A DNA stretch of 64,000 nucleotides from a virus. Within the stretch, counting starts at the first letter, position 1. Every line of letters starts with the position of its first letter. The stretch is taken from the IMG/VR virus record IMGVR_UViG_3300020417_001379, positions 5,021-69,020 of that record; one strand, 5' to 3'. This document shows positions 57,601 to 64,000 of this stretch, piece after piece. The translations under genes and the position numbers were made by a program. The notes under the pieces were generated by a model. It did no database searches. It was not told where the DNA came from and was given only the letters and a program-made list of their open reading frames with translations.

Positions 57601-60473
57601 CTTCCAATGTAGCAGTAGGTTATCAAGCATTAACAAATCTAAATAGTGGTGCAAACAACACCGCAGTAGGTCATAGAGCAGGAGACGCAGTAACAACCGG
57701 AACGGACAATACTTTAATCGGTAAAGATGCAGGAGGCGCTTTATCAACCGGAGAAGACAATGTAGTTATTGGTAACGAAGCCGGATTAGCGCTTACAGGT
57801 AGTGATGCGGTAATTATTGGTGATTGGGCAGGGAAGTCTCAAACGCAAGGTGGAAATGTATTAGTCGGTAGCCTTGCGGGTTACAATGCAAACTCTACTT
57901 GGGGTAACAATGTAGCCATAGGAAATCAAGCGGCCATGAATCTACACGGAACGGGTAGCATCTACATAGGTTACAATGCCGCAGGTTCGGGCACGCATAA
58001 TGCCGCACACCGTAACATAGGTATAGGTGATAGCGTCCTTAACGCTCTAACTGAGGGAGACCAAAATATTGCTATCGGTTACGGAGCAGGAGATAATATT
58101 ACTACCGGAAGTAACAATGTAGTAATTGGAAAGGCAGATGTAGCAAGCGCAACAGGTAACGACCAATTATCCATATCTTCGGGTGATGGAAGCCCTGTTT
58201 GGATTACAGGAGCGAGTGATGGTTCAATCAATCTTCCTGCCGCTATTCTCAAAATCAATGGTTCAGTCGGCTCTGATGGGCAAGTGCTAACCTCAACAGG
58301 TAGCGGAGTAGCATGGGAGTCTGTAAGTGCGGGCGGTGCTACTTCCATTAACGGTTTATCAGATGCTTTCGTAGCAGGCTCTAACATATCTATTGGTAAT
58401 TCGGGTTCGGGCGCTTATAGCGGCGCTAACCGTAACGCCGCAGTAGGTGATACAGCACTTGACGCTATTACAAGCGGAGACGATAACATAGCGTTTGGAA
58501 CAGGCGCAGGTTCAGCAGTTAATACAGGTTCTATGGGTGTTTATCTTGGAACATACGCAGGTATGAGTCAAACAGACGGTGGGCAAGTAGTAGCGATAGG
58601 CCACAATGCTATGCGCTCTTCGACAGGCGCACTAAACAGCGTAGCCATAGGTATAAATGCCGCTTATAATATGTCGAGTAGATACAATACTACCATTGTA
58701 GGAGCAAGCGCAGGATACAGCGTAAATGCCGGAGATACTACACTAATAGGTTCTGAGGCGGGTTATTCAACATCTACTACGGGAGCAGTAGCCGTTGGTA
58801 TGCAATCATTGTATAGAAGCACAGGTAACAGAAACACAGGTTTAGGTTACAGAGCCGGACAGCAATTGACGAGCGGTGGAGATAACCTTTTCGTTGGGTA
58901 TGAAGCAGGGCAGGGTGTTTTCAACGCTCATCAAACAGGTGATAGAAACATAGGTCTTGGTAACTATACTCTCAAGACTCTTACAAGCGGTGGTAACAAC
59001 ATTGGTATAGGACACGAAGCAGGTAAGATAATAACTACGGGTGGTAGCAACATAGCAATAGGTTCTTACGCCCTTAACAACGCAGACACAGAATCACATA
59101 ACATAGCGATAGGTTATGATGCTTTAGGCGGAGCAGTAGCGGGTGCGACATTCAATGTAATAATGGGTAATTATGCGGGTGATGCTTTGACTTCGGGTAG
59201 TAGCAACATAGGTATAGGATACCAAGCACTATCGGGGACAGCCGCAGGCTCACAGAATACTGCTGTCGGTCATCAAGCGTTGTTTAGCACAGGAGATAAA
59301 AACAACAACACAGCAGTAGGTTATACTGCTCTATATAGTGCAACCACAGGCGGTAATAACACAGCATTAGGATATGAGGCCGGATATGGTTTTGATACAG
59401 AATCACACAACACAGCAATAGGATATAGAGCCTTTAGGCAACAAGGTGGAGACCATAATACTGCTATTGGTGCATTCTCACAATATGGTGCGGGCGCTTC
59501 TAACGCCGGAGACTACAATGTATCTGTTGGTGGTTATTCTATGGAAAAGATTACTTCCGGTGATAACAACACAGCATTAGGATATGAAGGCTTAGAAGAA
59601 ATTACTACGGGTTCAAACAACATAGCAATAGGTTGGACTGCCGGAGACAATATCACAACCGGAAGTCATAATGTTGTTATAGGTTCTGCTGATGTAACGG
59701 CAACAGGAGACAGTCAATTAAAGATTTCATCCGGTAATGGTAATGTAACATGGATAGAAGGGTCAAGTGCAGGAGTAGTAAATATTCCCGGTTCGCTAAC
59801 AGTAGCAGGTAGCGCTGTTGGTGGTGGAAGTTATGCAGGGCCACCTCTTAAGGCTGATGGTTACAATTGGTATGGCGGTCAATCAAAAGATATTAGGACT
59901 ACTTCTTTACCACCATACGGTTCAAAGACTTCTACAATTTTCACAATGAATACTTCTACACAATGGGATAAAACTATGTTCTTCCCATTCATTGCACCAA
60001 AGACAGGTAACTTAAGTCAAGTTATGGCTTATTTACAAGCGGGCGCAAGCGGATTGAATCTTCTTGTTGCTGTTTATAGCGACAGTAATGGATACCCTGC
60101 TTCGTTACTTTTCAAGGGCACAATGGATGCAAGTAGCGGTGGTAACAAGACCATTACATCATTTACTGATGCGAGCGGAAGTAGCGTTACCCCTTCTTTG
60201 ACTAAAGATACTCAATATCATTGGGGCTTTGTAAGAGATACTTCCGCTACACAATTGCAGATTTACGCGGCAAACGGGCAGTATTCAGCAAACTCCGGTT
60301 TGAATCTAAACATGACCGATGCTTATGTAGGAACGCATGATTGTATTATACAATATGGCGGTTCTGATAACACATTGGCCGCTTCTTATGGTAGTGGGTC
60401 TCCTACTTGGGATGATTTTACGGTGTTAAACACAACATTCCATCCCCCATCTTTTGGAATAAGGTATTCGTGA
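54657..60473 (+). CDS. long fibre/spike adhesin (1938 aa)
   Basis: 3x LNTLNELAAALGDD fibre repeat; many N(T/V)A(I/V)G beta-roll repeats; C-terminal globular domain. Confidence 0.85.
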   Translation: MPRNRPHQNIIGTIHITDAAEAAIAAQASVTAEQVEDYVGGMLGGTQTFISVSYDDVNGNLEYIVPVKDEDNMASNSATHLATQQSIKVYVDTELANLVDSSPAALNTLNELAAALGDDANFSTTMTTALGNRLRVDTASQGLSTTQQANAIDNLGITASKAEINILDGGLSASDIPNIGASKITSGTFATARIADDAITAAKLNVTGNGTSSQFLRSDGDGSFTWAVPVDTTYSVGDGGLTQRNFTSTLKDKLDSVAMNANNYSISSDLLDEDNMASNSATKVASQQSIKAYVDAEVAGLVDSAPSALNTLNELAAALGDDASFSTTVSNNIGTKLAKSSNLSDLTNVGTARTNLGLGSAATKDTGSVADGNAGLVTGDAVYDYIAAQNFTTAGSSNFVIGDITGQTALTSGLASTDELVLSDAGALKRMDISVLQSYMQSNLTFTTNTQLNLIDEDDMATNSATRPPSQQSVKAYVDAEVAGIVDSAPTALNTLNELAAALGDDANYAATTTTALGQKLVKTSNLSDLANAGTARSNLGLGAAAVKAVATDGAGGVANGESGLVTGNAVFDYFAANVPSLAGAADGSAGSPSFSFANDTNTGMYLAASDKIGFSVGATEVFTLSSGGINVENNYKLGISDGGASNPTLRFKDDTDTGMYRPSANKMGFVTGGTERLNIQSDGAVDFINSKIKIGGSYGSDGQVLTSTGSGVAWEAATPATTFTLTADSGSNQTISNGNTLDIAGGTGLTSVVGATDTVTINHDSHTGEVTGSTALTITDNVVDEANLKVSNNPVDGYILTARSGNTGGMTWEAAASAGATAIGGLSDAITTATSNVGLGSGALDSLTASSGNYNVALGINAGTAVTTGDNNVAIGFDALKTATTQSEATAVGYKAAEDLAGGVFGSTFIGVRAGSNVTTGWGNTGLGHDALNSENGAGTGSSNVAVGYQAMRGATSSTAISGSQNVAVGGNAMEDLTSGASNVAVGYQALTNLNSGANNTAVGHRAGDAVTTGTDNTLIGKDAGGALSTGEDNVVIGNEAGLALTGSDAVIIGDWAGKSQTQGGNVLVGSLAGYNANSTWGNNVAIGNQAAMNLHGTGSIYIGYNAAGSGTHNAAHRNIGIGDSVLNALTEGDQNIAIGYGAGDNITTGSNNVVIGKADVASATGNDQLSISSGDGSPVWITGASDGSINLPAAILKINGSVGSDGQVLTSTGSGVAWESVSAGGATSINGLSDAFVAGSNISIGNSGSGAYSGANRNAAVGDTALDAITSGDDNIAFGTGAGSAVNTGSMGVYLGTYAGMSQTDGGQVVAIGHNAMRSSTGALNSVAIGINAAYNMSSRYNTTIVGASAGYSVNAGDTTLIGSEAGYSTSTTGAVAVGMQSLYRSTGNRNTGLGYRAGQQLTSGGDNLFVGYEAGQGVFNAHQTGDRNIGLGNYTLKTLTSGGNNIGIGHEAGKIITTGGSNIAIGSYALNNADTESHNIAIGYDALGGAVAGATFNVIMGNYAGDALTSGSSNIGIGYQALSGTAAGSQNTAVGHQALFSTGDKNNNTAVGYTALYSATTGGNNTALGYEAGYGFDTESHNTAIGYRAFRQQGGDHNTAIGAFSQYGAGASNAGDYNVSVGGYSMEKITSGDNNTALGYEGLEEITTGSNNIAIGWTAGDNITTGSHNVVIGSADVTATGDSQLKISSGNGNVTWIEGSSAGVVNIPGSLTVAGSAVGGGSYAGPPLKADGYNWYGGQSKDIRTTSLPPYGSKTSTIFTMNTSTQWDKTMFFPFIAPKTGNLSQVMAYLQAGASGLNLLVAVYSDSNGYPASLLFKGTMDASSGGNKTITSFTDASGSSVTPSLTKDTQYHWGFVRDTSATQLQIYAANGQYSANSGLNLNMTDAYVGTHDCIIQYGGSDNTLAASYGSGSPTWDDFTVLNTTFHPPSFGIRYS

Positions 60474-60483
60474 GGTAATTAAA

Positions 60484-60771
60484 ATGACGCAAGATTTAAG
60501 GACTTGGACTAACATTAACGCTGACGGCGAAAAAGAAACTGTTGTTGTAGATGCAGATTGGGATTTAGTAAGGGGAGCAAGACTAAATTACTTACAGATG
60601 ACTGATACTCTAATGGGTAGTCAATGGGATAGGCTAACAGAGGAACAGCAAACAGAATTAAAAACACTAAGACAACATTGGAGAGACATACCAACACTAT
60701 ACGATACACCTAACGAGGCTTGTGATAACCTACAAAATATGCCGACATGGGTAACTCTTTTATTCATGTAA
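60484..60771 (+). CDS. tail-fibre assembly chaperone-like protein
   Basis: W..VR..R...L..TD...RQ.WRDIP motif; directly after the fibre gene. Confidence 0.75.
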   Translation: MTQDLRTWTNINADGEKETVVVDADWDLVRGARLNYLQMTDTLMGSQWDRLTEEQQTELKTLRQHWRDIPTLYDTPNEACDNLQNMPTWVTLLFM

Positions 60772-60791
60772 GTGGTATCGTGGAAAATGAT

Positions 60792-61130
60792 ATGGTAATA
60801 GCGGTCTTCCTTTCGCTAATAGTTACGGCGGCAATAGCCGGTGGTGGCGGTGTTATACCCTCTAAAGAAGATATAGGATTCCAATGCACTACTGTAAGTG
60901 GCGAAGTAGTATTCAAAGACCATTCCGAAGGATGGTTTAAATTATATGTTACTTTGAATGAAGAATTTAGCGGGCAAAGTAATTACTCATTATATGTTAG
61001 TCCCGATACATACGATAGATACCAAATAGGGGATAATTATACAGAAACCATGTGTGATATAGTGGTCTATCAAGAATTAAAACAAACGATACAAGATTTG
61101 TTAGATGCGGGTATTTTAGAGGAAATATAA
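60792..61130 (+). CDS. membrane-anchored hypothetical protein
   Basis: N-terminal hydrophobic helix; GEVVFKD...VSPDTYDRYQIGD. Confidence 0.55.
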   Translation: MVIAVFLSLIVTAAIAGGGGVIPSKEDIGFQCTTVSGEVVFKDHSEGWFKLYVTLNEEFSGQSNYSLYVSPDTYDRYQIGDNYTETMCDIVVYQELKQTIQDLLDAGILEEI

Positions 61131-61156
61131 TAAAACAATATACTACTGCGTAGCCC

Positions 61157-63037
61157 ATGTCGTGTGGATGCGGTTGCGGTGGCGAGGTTGTAGCCTATGA
61201 AGATTGGGACGAAGAAAATGTTAGCGCCGCAGAATATCAAGGACGAAAAGTTACTCTTAACAAACCCTTTAGAACAAAGGGCGCAAATAAGAAATTCGGA
61301 GTCTATACAAAAAATGAAAAAGGAAATGTGGTTCTCGTAAGATTTGGAGACCCAAATATGGAAATAAAGCGTGATGACCCCGAAAGGAGAAAGTCTTTCC
61401 GCTCACGGCATAACTGCGATTCTCCCGGCCCAAAATGGAAGGCTCGCTATTGGTCTTGCAGACAATGGCGAGGCGGTAACAAGGTAGAAGCAAGCGAAGA
61501 GCCATGCGGTTGCGGCTGTGAAGAAGATACAGTAGAAGCCGCAGAGCCTACACCAAAAGATGGTGAAAGCCACGATGAGTATATGTCTCGCTGTATGGAA
61601 ATGGGTTACTCAAAAGAAGAGTGCATGAAAGCACATGAAGGACATGAGTTTGAAGTAGAAGGCTACTATGACGAAGATAAGAAAAAGAAAAAGAAGTATG
61701 CTAAGAGCGAAGATGACCCATGCACATCGGGTTACGAGCAATACGGCATGAAAATGAAAAATGGTCGCAAAGTCCCTAATTGTATTCCTATTAAGAAAAA
61801 GGCTGAGGCAGAATTCCAAGTATGCTCTTCTTGCACTACACAATCGGCTTGTGCCGAAGCAGGAGAATGCAAGGCTGAGGCTTCTTACGATTCCTGCCCT
61901 GCCGGTGAAAAAATGGTAGATGGCGAGTGTCGAAAGGTAGCAGTAACAATAGAATTAGAAATTGATGAAATGAAGGCTATCGTAGAAGCATCCACAGGTA
62001 AAACAATTGTAGAGATACGAGGCGTAGCATTCCACGAAGGAATGAATAAGAATAAGTGGTCTCTTACTACTGAGGGCGCTAAAGCACTTGTTACACAGAT
62101 GGAAGGTGCAGATTTAACACTAAACCATCCCCAAGCATCTGAGCATGGGGTAGGATTCACAAGAAATATGGATGGCGGCGTAGAAGAATCCGTAGTAGGA
62201 TATATACAGGCCGCTACTTTCCACACAACACCGGATGGTGGATATGAAGTAAGATATGTAGCCCATGTGGTAAGGCCGGAATTATTTGAGGCTCTTGAGT
62301 CGGGTCTTTGGTCGAGAGACGAGTATGGTGTAAGTATCGGCGGTTCGGGTGTGCCCGTAAGCGCAGATGATAATGGGGTAGTCTTCGGAGAAGACTTCAC
62401 CTTCGACCATTTGGCTATCGTCCATAAGCCCGCTTACCCTCGCGCTACTATCGAAAGTGTAAGGAGAATAGAAAAACCTACCAAAAGTAAAGCAACCTTT
62501 ATATCACATTCAGATAGTGGGGTAATACAGAACAACCAAAAGATGGTGAGTGCAATGACTGACGAAACAACAGACACAACAAATCTTGAAAACGAAATAG
62601 AGGCTCTAAAGGCTGACCTTGTGTTGGCTTCATCTCGCGTAGCGGAGTTTGAAGCGGCGGAAGCGGCACGCATCGAGTCTGACCGAATGACTCTCGTTGA
62701 GAGAGCAAGCGAAATGGGTATGTCCGGCCACGATGACTTGAAGGCTGAGACTCTTGAAACTCTTATCGCTTCTTGGGAAGCATCCCACCCCGAACCAACC
62801 CCTGTGGTTATGGAGTCGGTAGAATCTGAGCCAAGCGCTGAGATTCCTGTTGAGGCTTCCGAAGCACCACGCTCCGTTGTAGCAAACTACCTAAACGGAA
62901 AGATGGTTGAAACTGACGAATCAATTTACGCTCGTGCTTGGAACGCATGGGCTAAGGCATGGAACGGAACACTTGCAGTAGATGAGAAAGCAAGAATGGC
63001 CGCTCCAAGATATGAAGACATGAAGGAGATGAATTAA
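61157..63037 (+). CDS. prohead protease/scaffold fusion with extra N-terminal modules
   Basis: G.NKNKW, LNHP, GVSIG, FDHLAIVHKPAY protease motifs; C-terminal coiled coil. Confidence 0.8.
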   Translation: MSCGCGCGGEVVAYEDWDEENVSAAEYQGRKVTLNKPFRTKGANKKFGVYTKNEKGNVVLVRFGDPNMEIKRDDPERRKSFRSRHNCDSPGPKWKARYWSCRQWRGGNKVEASEEPCGCGCEEDTVEAAEPTPKDGESHDEYMSRCMEMGYSKEECMKAHEGHEFEVEGYYDEDKKKKKKYAKSEDDPCTSGYEQYGMKMKNGRKVPNCIPIKKKAEAEFQVCSSCTTQSACAEAGECKAEASYDSCPAGEKMVDGECRKVAVTIELEIDEMKAIVEASTGKTIVEIRGVAFHEGMNKNKWSLTTEGAKALVTQMEGADLTLNHPQASEHGVGFTRNMDGGVEESVVGYIQAATFHTTPDGGYEVRYVAHVVRPELFEALESGLWSRDEYGVSIGGSGVPVSADDNGVVFGEDFTFDHLAIVHKPAYPRATIESVRRIEKPTKSKATFISHSDSGVIQNNQKMVSAMTDETTDTTNLENEIEALKADLVLASSRVAEFEAAEAARIESDRMTLVERASEMGMSGHDDLKAETLETLIASWEASHPEPTPVVMESVESEPSAEIPVEASEAPRSVVANYLNGKMVETDESIYARAWNAWAKAWNGTLAVDEKARMAAPRYEDMKEMN

Positions 63038-63038
63038 G

Positions 63039-63434
63039 ATGGCCGCATTGAATGAAACAAGAAACGCAACAATCGCTGACGCAAGCATGGCTTCACAAGG
63101 ACTTCTTGTGATGTATCACGCTGACGGTGTTAAGAAAACAGCCGCAGTAACCGATGTAGCAGTAGGAGTTACTGCCGCAGAATCCTCAAGGGATGCTTCG
63201 GGCGCTCTTGAAGGAAGCGGAGTCGGAACAGTAGCAGTTTATCCACTAAGCGGAATTGTCTATGTTAAGTGCATGGCTATTGCTTCCGCAAAATTCGGAA
63301 TTCCTCTATATGTAGGAACAGACGATGGATTCGTAGATGATTCATCCGCAAACAGCGCAGTTAAGATGGGATACTACGCAGGTGAGAACAAGGCTATTAC
63401 AGCAGGAGACTTAGTGCCGATGTTCTGCCTCTGA
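63039..63434 (+). CDS. capsid cement/decoration protein
   Basis: 131 aa Ala/Gly-rich ORF between protease and capsid; AVGVT...GIVYV...G..LY pattern. Confidence 0.7.
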   Translation: MAALNETRNATIADASMASQGLLVMYHADGVKKTAAVTDVAVGVTAAESSRDASGALEGSGVGTVAVYPLSGIVYVKCMAIASAKFGIPLYVGTDDGFVDDSSANSAVKMGYYAGENKAITAGDLVPMFCL

Positions 63435-63471
63435 GCAAGATAAAGGATTAAGATAAAGGAGATGAAAAGAT

Positions 63472-64000
63472 ATGGCTAACGAAACATTGGATAAAATACT
63501 AAATGTAGAAGCGGCAGACGGGCCTTTTTCGGTCGGGGATGCTGTTCTTGAACAGACACTAAGAGACTTCATACAATTGCAGTCTAACACTATCGCTATC
63601 GCAACCGACCTTGTTGGTGTGCGCTCAGTCAATTGGCTTGAGTTTAAGTGGTATAGCGGAATTACCGGAACATTCGACTACCCATTGGATGATGTAGCAC
63701 TAACTGACCCAACCAAGATTGGAACAGCAAACTACTCAACCAAACTTGAGAAGGGACAGGGTAGAGTTACTTTCCTTGACGCTGTAAGACTACGCGGCGA
63801 GTCATGGGAAAACATTGACCGACAGCAATTGGCTATCGTCCGCGCTCGCGCAGATGTTATAGACAACACTATTCTAACTGCTCTTGTAGCAGGTAGCGGA
63901 AACTCCGACATTGCGGCTACCGCAGTATTCGGAAGCGGCTCTGCTGACGAAGAGGGAGACATACTAAAGATGATGGATTCAATCTTCGCAAACGGTAAGG
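63472..64000 (+). CDS. major capsid protein (HK97 fold), 5' part, truncated by window end
   Basis: GGAG SD; open frame MANETLDKILNVEAADGPF...KGQGRVTFLD...ARADVIDNTIL; canonical position. Confidence 0.8.
   Translation, partial: MANETLDKILNVEAADGPFSVGDAVLEQTLRDFIQLQSNTIAIATDLVGVRSVNWLEFKWYSGITGTFDYPLDDVALTDPTKIGTANYSTKLEKGQGRVTFLDAVRLRGESWENIDRQQLAIVRARADVIDNTILTALVAGSGNSDIAATAVFGSGSADEEGDILKMMDSIFANGK

Noticed and set aside
54657-60473. Diversity-generating retroelement target
   Set aside because: No reverse transcriptase and no TR/VR pair with adenine-specific differences seen

Overview
Near-complete, circularly permuted genome of a tailed (siphovirus-type, HK97-fold) virus of an archaeon. 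Gene content and archaeal TATA promoters fit a magrovirus-like virus of Marine Group II/Poseidoniales (inference; no search was run). Layout: tail module (1-15.3 kb, +). Replication/recombination/chaperone module (15.3-32.6 kb, -): ERCC4 nuclease, primase, Cas4-like nuclease, PolB, PCNA-like clamp, GroEL/ES, RPA-like, RFC, MCM-like, PAC2-like. Small accessory genes (32.7-41.4 kb, -). Terminase and phosphoesterase (49-52.5 kb, -). Portal, fibre, protease, cement and capsid (52.8-64 kb, +). The stand-out region is 40.8-48.0 kb. It holds about 75 copies (manual count) of the half-site of the palindrome GCTACAAATTTGTAGC, which organise 11 modular mini-cassettes: half-site + TATA, a mostly leaderless small ORF, usually a hairpin terminator, then regularly spaced palindromes. 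One cassette carries a structured ~290-nt RNA instead of a protein. A ~630-660-nt ornate ncRNA candidate lies at the left edge and a third ~190-nt structured element lies nearby. Four distinct promoter-motif classes suggest a temporal transcription cascade. All protein calls rest on motif recognition and synteny only.
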